A stretch of DNA of 64,000 bases from an uncultured Bacteroidales bacterium (GCA_949297125.1 CASFRS010000027.1:76465-140464); one strand, 5' to 3'. Positions 38,238-46,554 are shown, counted from the stretch's first letter. The notes: generated by a model not told the origin, from the letters alone. Translations and numbers: made by a program.

Positions 38238-39351
38238 ATGATAACGGCAGAGCAATTAAAAGAGACGGAAGAACGCAAGTTGGCGTTGAGGAGGTATCTT
38301 TGACCCGGACGGGAAGAAGGTGGAAATGGAAGAAGAGGAGCTTCGGACGCACGTCCCCGATTTCTGGGAGAACCGCGAAAAGGCCGAGGCCCAAATGAAG
38401 AGGATAAAGGAACTGCGTTCGTGGATTGACGGTTACCGCTGCGTGGAAAATGCAGTGGAGGAGTTGCACCTTGCCTTTGAATACGTGAAGGAGGGGATTG
38501 TAACGGAAGAGGAGGTGGACGAGGCGTACCGCAAGGCGCACGATGCCATAGAGGAACTTGAAATGCGCAACATGCTGCGCCGCGAGGAAGACCGCCTCGG
38601 CGCGGTAGTGAAGATAAACTCCGGCGCGGGGGGGACTGAAAGCCAGGACTGGGCCGAGATGCTTATGCGCATGTATATGCGCTGGTGCGAATCGAAAGGG
38701 TACAAGGTGGGCGTGGAGCACATAATCTACGGCGAGGAGGCCGGGATAAAGAGCGTTACCCTTCAGGTGGAAGGCGATCTGGTGTACGGCTACCTGAAAG
38801 GGGAGAACGGCGTCCACCGGTTGGTGCGGGTCTCCCCGTACAATGCGCAGGGGAAACGGATGACTTCGTTCGCGTCGGTTTTCGTAACGCCGCTGGTGGA
38901 CGATACGATAGAGGTCAAGGTCGACCCGGCGGCCGTGTCGTGGGATACGTTCCGCTCGGGCGGCGCAGGGGGGCAGAACGTGAACAAGGTTGAGTCGGGC
39001 GTCCGGCTGCGATACAAGTTCAAGGACCCGTACACCGGGGAAGAGGAGGAGATACTGATAGAGAATACCGAAACCCGCGACCAGCCAAAGAACCGCGAGA
39101 ACGCCATGCGCCAGCTGCGCTCCATACTTTATGACAAGGAGTTGAAACACCGGATGGAGGAACAGGCCAAGGTGGAGGCCGGGAAGAAGAAAATAGAGTG
39201 GGGCTCGCAGATTCGCAGCTACGTTTTCGACGACCGCAGGGTGAAGGACCACCGTACCGGGTGCCAGACATCCGACGTGCAGGGCGTAATGGACGGGGGG
39301 ATTGACCCGTTCATAAAGGCATACCTGATGGAATATGGGGGAAAAGAATAA
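38238..39351 (+). CDS. prfB: Peptide chain release factor 2, made by a programmed +1 frameshift (38238..38300 joined to 38302..39351)
   Basis: Frame 0 reads MITAEQLKETEERKLALRRYL and ends CTT TGA C at 38298-38304. The +1 frame continues DPDGKKVEMEEEEL.. into track ORF 38320..39351, which carries the GGQ motif (SGGAGGQNVNKV). Confidence 0.93.
38288..38304 (+). promoter_or_regulatory. RF2 recoding site: internal SD-like GAGGAGG + TAT CTT TGA C
   Basis: GAGGAGG (38288-38294), a 3-nt spacer TAT, slippery CTT (38298-38300), and in-frame TGA (38301-38303) followed by C. The layout is the same as E. coli prfB. Confidence 0.9.
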
Positions 39352-39363
39352 AATTTGGAGAAA

Positions 39364-40137
39364 ATGGATAAACTGACACTGATAAAGGTAGGCGGCAAGA
39401 TTGTGGAAGAACCCGCGTCGCTGAAGCAGATGCTGTCCGATTTTGCAAAGATAGACGGATACAAGATTCTGGTGCACGGGGGCGGAAGGTCGGCCACACG
39501 TCTGGCCGAAAGGCTGGGCATAGAGACCAAAATGGTTGAAGGGCGCAGGATAACCGACGCCGAGACGCTGAAAGTGGTAACCATGGTATATGCCGGCTGG
39601 GTGAACAAGAGCATTGTGGCCGAGTTGCAGAGCATGGGCGTAAACGCCATGGGGATGTGCGGGGCCGATGCCGGCGTGATACTCTCGCACCGGAGGGCCG
39701 CGGCCGGGATAGACTACGGCTTTGTGGGCGACGTGGACAAGGTGAACGGGCGTATGCTCTCCGAAATAATCAACGGCGGGACCGTTCCGGTAATTGCGCC
39801 CATAACCCATGACGGCAAGGGTTCGCTGCTGAATACCAACGCCGATACGATAGCCGGCGAGGTGGCGAAAGGCGTGGCCGGATATTTCGACGTAACGCTG
39901 GTTTACTGCTTCGAGAAGCCCGGCGTGCTTGCCAACGAAGAGGACGATACGTCGGTAATACCCGAGATAGACCGCAGCATATTTGCCCGTTACAAGGAGG
40001 CCGGGATAATAACCGGGGGCATGATTCCCAAATTGCAGAGCGCGTTCGACGCCCTGGAAAAAGGGGTAGGGCAGGTGGTGATAAAGCAGGCTTCGGATAT
40101 TGCCGACAAGGGTGCAGGGACACTTATACGCCTTTAG
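39364..40137 (+). CDS. argB: Acetylglutamate kinase (amino-acid kinase family)
   Basis: About 257 aa from ATG 39364 (the track start at 39355 is TTG). Motifs IKVGG, LVHGGG and NTNADT. Confidence 0.9.
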   Translation: MDKLTLIKVGGKIVEEPASLKQMLSDFAKIDGYKILVHGGGRSATRLAERLGIETKMVEGRRITDAETLKVVTMVYAGWVNKSIVAELQSMGVNAMGMCGADAGVILSHRRAAAGIDYGFVGDVDKVNGRMLSEIINGGTVPVIAPITHDGKGSLLNTNADTIAGEVAKGVAGYFDVTLVYCFEKPGVLANEEDDTSVIPEIDRSIFARYKEAGIITGGMIPKLQSAFDALEKGVGQVVIKQASDIADKGAGTLIRL

Positions 40138-40205
40138 GGGGTATTCCGGCGGAAACCGTTGCATCCGGGAGAGGCCCTGCTCTCCCCGCCATAAAATGCA
40201 GTAAT

Positions 40206-40250
40206 AAGGAGAGAGCCGTACACGTTGGCGTGTGCGGCTCTCTCCTTTTG
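40206..40250. terminator. Bidirectional terminator hairpin between argB and fabD
   Basis: AAGGAGAGAGCCGTACAC (40206-40223) pairs with GTGTGCGGCTCTCTCCTT (40230-40247) with one G-U pair. TTG follows. A second small hairpin lies at 40167-40186. Confidence 0.65.
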
Positions 40251-40280
40251 CTGTGGAAACGCTGTCGCGCGCGGGGGCGG

Positions 40281-41162
40281 TTACTTCACCCCTTTTACTT
40301 CAACGGTGTCGTTTATGCGTTTTACCATACCCTGAAGGGCGTTGCCCGGGCCTACTTCGGTAAACGAGTCGGCTCCGTCGTTTATCATGTTCATGATAGA
40401 CTGCGTCCACCTTACGGGAGCGGTAAGCTGTGCCACAAGGTTGGCCTTTATTATTTCGGGGTCGGTCTCGGCCTGTGCCGTAACATTCTGGTAAATGGGG
40501 CACTGCGGCTTGTTGAACGCTGCCTTTGCTATGGCTTCGGCAAGTTCCACGCGGGCGGGCTCCATAAGGGGCGAGTGGAATGCTCCGCCAACCTTGAGCC
40601 TTGCGGCGCGTTTTGCTCCGGCTGCCATCATCTTCTCGCAGGCGGCGTCGACTGCGGCTACCTCGCCCGAAATGACCACCTGCCCGGGACAGTTGTAGTT
40701 TGCTGCAACTACGATGCCTTCCTTTACGGAAGCGCAAATCTCCTCGACCGTCTCGTCCGACAGCTTGAGTACGGCTGCCATTGTGGAAGGAACGGCCTCG
40801 CATGCCTTCTGCATGGCCGATGCGCGGGTCGCCACAAGTTTAAGCCCTTCCTCGAAGGAGAGTGCGCCGGCTGCCACAAGTGCCGAAAATTCGCCGAGAG
40901 AGTGTCCGGCCGTCATGTCGGGCTTGAATTCGTCGCCCATGCTCTTTGCCAGGGCCACCGAATACAGGAATACGGCGGGCTGGGTAACTTTGGTCTGTTT
41001 CAAATCCTCTTCGGTTCCGTTGAACATGATGTCGGTTATGTCGAAACCGAGAATCTCGTTTGCCTTGTCGAACAAGGCCTTCGCTTCACTGTTTGTTTCG
41101 TAGAGTTCGCGACCCATGCCGGGGAACTGCGAACCCTGTCCGGGGAATATATACGCTTTCAT
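40281..41162 (-). CDS. fabD: ACP S-malonyltransferase
   Basis: ATG at 41162 (MKAYIFPGQGSQ..) and the active-site motif GHSLGE. Confidence 0.95.
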   Translation of the reverse strand: MKAYIFPGQGSQFPGMGRELYETNSEAKALFDKANEILGFDITDIMFNGTEEDLKQTKVTQPAVFLYSVALAKSMGDEFKPDMTAGHSLGEFSALVAAGALSFEEGLKLVATRASAMQKACEAVPSTMAAVLKLSDETVEEICASVKEGIVVAANYNCPGQVVISGEVAAVDAACEKMMAAGAKRAARLKVGGAFHSPLMEPARVELAEAIAKAAFNKPQCPIYQNVTAQAETDPEIIKANLVAQLTAPVRWTQSIMNMINDGADSFTEVGPGNALQGMVKRINDTVEVKGVK

Positions 41163-41233
41163 CCTCACAGTTTTTTAATATAAAAAATATGGGGTTTGCA
41201 CCCCTTTTATCATTAACATTCGCTATTTCGCTG

Positions 41234-41241
41234 CAAAAATA
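41234..41241 (-). promoter_or_regulatory. Bacteroidota -7 promoter box (TATTTTTG on minus strand) for fabD
   Basis: TAnnTTTG match about 72 nt upstream of ATG 41162. Confidence 0.4.
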
Positions 41242-41410
41242 ACTAATAAAGGAATACCGTGCAACCATCTGCGCCATAAATTCCCCGCACGGCAGGCTGT
41301 TCTTCGGCATTTTTTATTTAATGCCCTAATGTACAGTCCCGTATCCGCCTGTACTGTGCGCCGGTGGAGGCTCGCCGGTTTCGCGGCTTCCTGTTAAAAC
41401 GGCGGCGATA

Positions 41411-41442
41411 TTTGTCTGTGAATATCCAATTAGTTAACTTTG
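41411..41442 (+). promoter_or_regulatory. Bacteroidota promoter with both elements: -33 TTTG (41411-41414) and -7 TAACTTTG (41435-41442)
   Basis: The 20-nt spacer fits the 19-21 nt consensus spacing. It lies about 100 nt upstream of ATG 41544. Confidence 0.6.
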
Positions 41443-41543
41443 GACACACGATTGCATTCCGCACCGGTTGCCGGAACAGGCCGCCGGGCGTGCAGGAAGA
41501 GGGCAGGAATCCCCAGATTGTAAAATCATAAACCGTAAATGAC

Positions 41544-42497
41544 ATGAACAGATTTTGTGCTGCGGCAACAGCAGGCATGTTGTTGTTTTCTCCGGCGATT
41601 TTCGCGCAGAAGGCCGAATCCATACCTTTCGGCGATATGGACAAATGGCAGACGAGAGTGATAAAGGAGTCTTTTCTATTGGGAGGGGATACCAAGACGA
41701 TGCATGCGATAAACAATCCCCGGACGGTGGAAGGGGCTGTGCCGTACAGGCGCAACTCGGTGTCGCCGTGGGCTACCTCCAACGTCTATGCATCTCCGGC
41801 CGGGATAGTGAAGACCAGCGTCTCGGTTGTCCCCGAGAAGCGCGGAAACGGTTATTGCGCGCGCATGGAGGTGCGCGAAGAGCGGTGCAAGGCCGTGGGG
41901 CTGGTGAACATCGTGGTTGTGGCGTCCGGCTCCGTTTTCCTGGGCGGGATGGTAGAACCGATAAAGAGCGCGAAAAACCCCATGAGCAAACTTGACCAGG
42001 GGATTCCGTTCAACAAGCGGCCCAAGGCCGTGCAGTTCGACTACAAGACGAAACGGTGCGACAAGATGTTCAAGGCCACCGGAGGGACGCGGATTAGCGA
42101 AGTGCCCGGAACGGACCGCGCCGAGGTCGTGCTTTACCTGCTGCACCGCTGGGAGGACGAGAACGGCAACGTTTATGCCCGCAGGGTGGGGACGGCGTAT
42201 GAAAAGTACGGCAAAACGGTAACGGAATGGGTGAACGGCCACAATGCCCCTATCCATTACGGCGATATAACCGGGCAGCCTTTCTTCCAGTCCTATATGG
42301 GGCTTGTGCCGGAGAGCAACCCGTATTACACAACCAACAGCAAAGGGTCGGTTGTCCCGGTGCACGAAGTGGGGTGGGGCGATGCCGACGAGGAGGTTAC
42401 GCACATAATGCTGCGTTTCTCGGCAAGCGACCAGGGCCCCTATATCGGTACTGTCGGAAGCGTGTTTTGGATTGATAACGTGAAACTTGTATATTGA
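41544..42497 (+). CDS. PCMD (putative carbohydrate metabolism domain, PF13201-like) protein, secreted
   Basis: 317 aa with a signal peptide (..FSPAIFAQ). Family-type blocks FNKRPKAVQFDYK and the C-terminal FWIDNVKLVY. Confidence 0.7.
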   Translation: MNRFCAAATAGMLLFSPAIFAQKAESIPFGDMDKWQTRVIKESFLLGGDTKTMHAINNPRTVEGAVPYRRNSVSPWATSNVYASPAGIVKTSVSVVPEKRGNGYCARMEVREERCKAVGLVNIVVVASGSVFLGGMVEPIKSAKNPMSKLDQGIPFNKRPKAVQFDYKTKRCDKMFKATGGTRISEVPGTDRAEVVLYLLHRWEDENGNVYARRVGTAYEKYGKTVTEWVNGHNAPIHYGDITGQPFFQSYMGLVPESNPYYTTNSKGSVVPVHEVGWGDADEEVTHIMLRFSASDQGPYIGTVGSVFWIDNVKLVY

Positions 42498-42599
42498 CAA
42501 ACAAATAATAATCTTATTTAACAGATTTTTGTGTAAAAGTTCGGCGAAATAAGAGTACATTTGTGCAATGTTTTTCATAGTATTAGATTTAAGGTTATA

Positions 42600-42641
42600 G
42601 AACGGCGCTCGTTGTGAAACGGTCGCCGTTCGCATTTTATG
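42600..42641 (+). terminator. Hairpin + T-tract about 100 nt downstream of the PCMD gene
   Basis: GAACGGCG (42600-42607) pairs with CGCCGTTC (42624-42631). GCATTTTAT follows. Confidence 0.5.
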
Positions 42642-43224
42642 CGGATTGTCCCCGAATTTTTTCCGCAGGCCGCTGCGGGCGGGGCATGGGACGTACCCTC
42701 CCCTAATGTTAAAATCGTTTCAGGTGTTGTGCATGGGGCCGTATGCCTTTCAATACCCCTGTCCGCCCTGTACGGCAGGGTTTGCGTGCGTAACGGCGAA
42801 ATGTGTATTCGAGGGACGCCTGCCGTTTTCCCTCCTGTTTCTCCCGATACTCCTGTCCGGCACATGATTCCTGCCCCGGCTATGCCCGGCAGGCAGCGGC
42901 GCATGGTGCGCGCTTTTACGGGGCGTTGCGGTTTCCGTCCGGGGAAAAGGTGCAACGCCTGTACCGGCATGAAGCGCGTGGTCCTGTATTTGAAATGGTG
43001 GGTGCGGTATCTGTTGCGGGCTTTAAACCCCTTGTGCCCGGCGTGTATGGGGTGCAAATCCGCCCCGTCCGCAAGGTTGTGCCGTAATGCGTGAAATTGC
43101 CGTACTGCCGCCGCCGTTTTGCGTGTCCGTTCCGCTATGGCGCAGATTTATTCTCCTTTTGCGCGTGTCCCGTGTTGCAGCCCTGTTGCAGTCCGGTCCT
43201 TATTCCGGCCTTCCATGCCGGCGG

Positions 43225-43280
43225 TAACAAGAAAAGGAAAGCGTCCGGACGGCCTTGCGGCTTTGTCGGACGCTTTCCTT
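43225..43280 (-). terminator. Rho-independent terminator of tRNA-Lys
   Basis: AAGGAAAGCGTCCG (43234-43247) pairs with CGGACGCTTTCCTT (43267-43280). On the minus strand TTTCTTGTT follows. It starts 5 nt after the tRNA 3' end. Confidence 0.6.
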
Positions 43281-43285
43281 GCGAG

Positions 43286-43358
43286 TGACCCCGGAGGGGC
43301 TCGAACCCTCGACCCAATGATTAAGAGTCATTTGCTCTACCAACTGAGCTACGGAGTC
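43286..43358 (-). tRNA. tRNA-Lys (anticodon CTT)
   Basis: Hand-folded 73-nt cloverleaf. Acceptor GACTCCG/CGGGGTC (one G-U), D stem GCTC/GAGC, anticodon stem AATGA/TCATT with loop CT-CTT-AA, T stem GAGGG/CCCTC with loop TTCGAGC, discriminator A. CCA is not encoded. Confidence 0.93.
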
Positions 43359-43383
43359 ATGCTTTCGTATCGGTTTGCGGGTG

Positions 43384-43391
43384 CAAAGGTA
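43384..43391 (-). promoter_or_regulatory. Bacteroidota -7 promoter box (TACCTTTG on minus strand) for tRNA-Lys
   Basis: TAnnTTTG match 26 nt upstream of the mature tRNA 5' end. Confidence 0.5.
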
Positions 43392-43430
43392 GTTTATTGA
43401 TTCGATACGGGCAAGTTTTTTTCTATTTTT

Positions 43431-44237
43431 TTATTCCAAAATGTATACCGGCGAGGCTTCGGTCCTTGCCAGCGCAATTACGTCGGTGTACCTTGAGGCA
43501 TCGAACCCCCTGTCTGCAAGCGCGTTGCATACGCATTCGCGCGCAATGCGCGGAGTATTGTTCTCTGCACTGATATGGCACAGGAAAACTTTCCGCACCC
43601 CCTTCCCGAAGGCTTCCGCAATGAATACGGCGGCATCGCTGTTGCTCAGGTGCCCGTTCTCCCCGGCAATCCTCCTCTTCAAAAACCCGGGGTATCTCCC
43701 GGCTTTCAGCATCCCCGCATCGTAGTTGCTTTCAAGTACCAGATAGCGGGCCTTGCCGAGGATGTTCCTTACTTCTGGCGTAAGGCACCCTATGTCCGTT
43801 GCAAATGCAATGCGCGTATCGCCGTACCGGATGGCGAAACCCGAGTTGTCCGAGCCGTCGTGCATCACCCCGAATGCCGTAATCTCGAATCCCCCTATCT
43901 TGAAGGGCGCGCCCTTTACAATGAACCTGTGGGCGGTATATATCTTGTCGGGCATCCTGAAGTTGCGGTTCATGCCTGCTATAGTCTCGCGCGTGGCGTA
44001 AACCGGAATGCCGCACTTTTCTCCCAGATACCCGGCTGCTATTATGTGGTCCGAGTGGTCGTGGGTTATGCACACACCCTTTATTATCCCTAAATCTATG
44101 TTGTGCTCTTTCAGGGTCTTCTTGATTCTGCGCGCGCTTATCCCCGCATCGACAAGTATCCCCTCTTCCGTATTGCCGAGGAAGTAGCAGTTTCCGCTGC
44201 TGCCGCTCGACATACTTAAAAATTTCAATCCTCCCAT
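43431..44237 (-). CDS. MBL-fold metallo-hydrolase
   Basis: 268 aa from the internal ATG (MGGLKFLSMSSGSSGNCYF..) with the metal motif THDHSDH. The 89-aa N-terminal extension in the track is spurious. Confidence 0.85.
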   Translation of the reverse strand: MGGLKFLSMSSGSSGNCYFLGNTEEGILVDAGISARRIKKTLKEHNIDLGIIKGVCITHDHSDHIIAAGYLGEKCGIPVYATRETIAGMNRNFRMPDKIYTAHRFIVKGAPFKIGGFEITAFGVMHDGSDNSGFAIRYGDTRIAFATDIGCLTPEVRNILGKARYLVLESNYDAGMLKAGRYPGFLKRRIAGENGHLSNSDAAVFIAEAFGKGVRKVFLCHISAENNTPRIARECVCNALADRGFDASRYTDVIALARTEASPVYILE

Positions 44238-44266
44238 GGTTTTTCCCTGTAATAAAAGCGTGTTCC

Positions 44267-44309
44267 AAAAAGCAACGGCAGCACCCCCTGCCGGGATTGC
44301 CGCCGTTGC
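44267..44309 (-). terminator. Rho-independent terminator of the PCMD/T9SS-cargo gene
   Basis: GCAACGGCAGCA (44272-44283) pairs with TGCCGCCGTTGC (44298-44309) with one mismatch. An A5 run at 44267-44271 gives a T-tract on the minus strand. Confidence 0.7.
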
Positions 44310-44344
44310 AGTATTGCCTGTGGCGTAAAGCCGCGTGAGCGTGT

Positions 44345-46342
44345 TTATTTTACGGCTACCCTGAAGACCTTGCGCCCGCTTCCGGCCGTAACATCCACAA
44401 GGTATATCCCCTTGCAGGGAACTGTTATGCGGGTATCGGCCGCAATTTCGGTATTCTCTACCATTATGCTGCTGAGCGAGTAGACTTTTACCGAGGTGTT
44501 GCACGTTACTCCGGTTATCATTATACCGCCCGATACGCCGTAGACATTTACGTCTGCCGCGGCGGAGGACTCTTCAACGCCCGACGGGGCCGATACGATT
44601 TCCAGTTCGTATTCGGCAACGGTTTCGAGGTATCTGCCCCATGCTTCCTGCGTAGCCGTTACCGTTACGGTCCCGGCGCCGAGCAGGGTTACCGTTCCTG
44701 TGGCGGCGTCAACCGTGGCGATGCCGTCGGAGCTGGAAGCGGTTATGCTGTATGTTATTTCCCCTTCCGAATCGGTTGCCGATGCCGTATTGGAGAACGA
44801 GCCTTCCTCAAGGTCCGCGCGCTGCGTCCCGTCCAGTTCAAAGCTCAGGTCGCTTTCAACCAGTTCGGCGAATATGGCGGTAAACGAGAGGTCGGACGTT
44901 ACGTTGTCTACGGTATATGAAGCGTTTCCGCTCACTTTTTCGCCGTCGCTGTTCCTCCACTCCTCGAAAATATACCCCTCTTTCGCTACGGCGGTAACAG
45001 TTATGCTATTCCCGTCCTGAACCTGCTGGCTTGCGCTTCCGCCGTCGCCTACGCTAACGCTTCCGGCTTCCGTATCGCAGGTTGCGCTTACCGTGTGCAT
45101 GACAGGGCGGAACTTGGCTGTCAGAGTCATGTTTCCGGTTACCGACGGGATGGTGTATACGGCCTGGGTGCTTACGCAGGCATCGCTGCCGTCAACCCAC
45201 TCCGCAAATTCGTAATGGGCGTTTGCAACGGCCGTTACGGTAACGGGCGAACCCTCTTTGACGGTCGTCGATGTGGTCCCGGCCTCTCCTATGTATGCCG
45301 AACCCATGGTGCTGTTGTCCGACGCTACCGATACCTTGTACTCCCGCTGCGCGAAGGTGAACGTGTAGACGTGCTTGTTGGCGGGGTTGGCCGATATGTC
45401 GCCGCCGGTTACGGTAACGGTCATTACGTTGCCGGAGGTCTTCTCGATTTTGTAACCGGCCGAAATTCCGTCGACGGTTGCTGCGACAGTCTCGGGATAG
45501 TACGTCCCCCCTGACGACAGGTCGTAGTCGTAATCGCCGTCCGTCAGCTTGAAGTCCGAGCCGTTGAAGGCTATCGTTTTCAGCCTGGAGTTGTATATCA
45601 TCTCTATGTCGTCTATGTAAACGGCATCGTTCTCGTCTCCGCCGCCCGGGGTTTCGCTGGTGGAGTACGATATGAGGATGTATGCCGGGACTTTCTCCCC
45701 GCTTTCATAGGTGAAAGGGACTGAGAGCCGCTGCCATCCTTTGTCGGATGTGGCCGGGTAGTTCATCTGCGCCTTTGCAACCACATTGGTATAAGTGGTG
45801 GCTTCGGGGTCCTGGTAGCGCGAGTTTTCATGGATTATGGCCGATACGCGGGCCTTGTTGCCGGAATTTATCGGGACATATTTGACCCATTGTACTATCG
45901 AGTCGGGTTTTCCCGTAAAAGTCTGGTTGTAACCCGTGTTGGTAGGGTCCGAGAAGTTATAGTTGCCCGAAGCGTCCGTTGCCGATGTCGAACCGCCGTA
46001 TATCTGCCCTGTGGTAAGGTTGCCGTTTGCCACAACGGAAAAAAATAATACTTTTACGGCATTAGCCCATATTTTAGCCGACTGGGTGCCGGTACTTCCC
46101 GGACGCACATCGTTCGACGGTTCCAGTTTCAAAGCTATGGCCGAATTATAAAACGTACCTCCGGTTTTCATAGACAAGAACGAATGCCATCCGGTCGGTT
46201 CGTAGCCCGACTTGCCGTTCTGGGACACCGGATTCCACTCTCCCTCAAATCCCGGGTTGGGGAGCTGGTACTGGGCCGAAGCCGTCGCCATGACGGCGCT
46301 TGAGAAAAGCGAAATCAATACAAAGCGTGTAAATCTGTTCAT
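44345..46342 (-). CDS. Secreted multidomain protein: N-terminal PCMD domain, two InlB B-repeat-like modules, T9SS C-terminal sorting domain
   Basis: ATG at 46342 (MNRFTRFVLISLFSSAVMATASAQ). PCMD blocks NPGFEGEW, FTGKPDSIVQWVKY and VYIDDIEMIY. Repeats ..GSPVTVTAVANAHYEFAEWVDGS.. and ..GNSITVTAVAKEGYIFEEWRNSDG... C-terminal CTD-like ..KGIYLVDVTAGSGRKVFRVAVK. Confidence 0.8.
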   Translation of the reverse strand: MNRFTRFVLISLFSSAVMATASAQYQLPNPGFEGEWNPVSQNGKSGYEPTGWHSFLSMKTGGTFYNSAIALKLEPSNDVRPGSTGTQSAKIWANAVKVLFFSVVANGNLTTGQIYGGSTSATDASGNYNFSDPTNTGYNQTFTGKPDSIVQWVKYVPINSGNKARVSAIIHENSRYQDPEATTYTNVVAKAQMNYPATSDKGWQRLSVPFTYESGEKVPAYILISYSTSETPGGGDENDAVYIDDIEMIYNSRLKTIAFNGSDFKLTDGDYDYDLSSGGTYYPETVAATVDGISAGYKIEKTSGNVMTVTVTGGDISANPANKHVYTFTFAQREYKVSVASDNSTMGSAYIGEAGTTSTTVKEGSPVTVTAVANAHYEFAEWVDGSDACVSTQAVYTIPSVTGNMTLTAKFRPVMHTVSATCDTEAGSVSVGDGGSASQQVQDGNSITVTAVAKEGYIFEEWRNSDGEKVSGNASYTVDNVTSDLSFTAIFAELVESDLSFELDGTQRADLEEGSFSNTASATDSEGEITYSITASSSDGIATVDAATGTVTLLGAGTVTVTATQEAWGRYLETVAEYELEIVSAPSGVEESSAAADVNVYGVSGGIMITGVTCNTSVKVYSLSSIMVENTEIAADTRITVPCKGIYLVDVTAGSGRKVFRVAVK

Positions 46343-46366
46343 TCTCAATAATTTTAAAATTCGGGG

Positions 46367-46374
46367 CAAAGTTA
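46367..46374 (-). promoter_or_regulatory. Bacteroidota -7 promoter box (TAACTTTG on minus strand)
   Basis: TAnnTTTG match 25 nt upstream of ATG 46342. Confidence 0.5.
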
Positions 46375-46546
46375 CGCAAAAAATGGCATATCCAAAAAAT
46401 CGACCGGGAGAATGGTGCGGAGCGGGTATGGTGTATGGTTTGCAATAGCTTGTGCCTTAGGTGTATATGTCCTGTATTGCGCCGGGCGAAAATAATGGCT
46501 GCAATATTTTTGCAAACTCTACCTTGCAAACCATAAAAAAAACAGT

Positions 46547-46554
46547 TACCTTTG
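46547..46554 (+). promoter_or_regulatory. Bacteroidota -7 promoter box (TACCTTTG) upstream of the AAA ATPase gene
   Basis: TAnnTTTG match about 130 nt upstream of ATG 46685. A second match, TATTTTTG, is at 46505-46512. Confidence 0.4.

Noticed and set aside
43091-43288. A Cys-rich 65-aa ORF (MKLPYCRRRFACPFRYGADLFSFCACPVLQPCCSP..) next to tRNA-Lys that looks like a possible RiPP or bacteriocin precursor.
   Set aside because: It has a GTG start and no promoter box, and it overlaps the tRNA terminator and the tRNA 3' end. Its Cys/Arg/Pro richness is what GC-rich non-coding DNA yields on translation. No maturation or export genes are nearby.
43225-46374. A tRNA-Lys-adjacent segment that could be an integrated genomic island or prophage remnant.
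   Set aside because: I found no integrase, recombinase, transposase or phage genes, and no direct repeat of the tRNA 3' end within the window. The genes present have native-looking composition and promoters.
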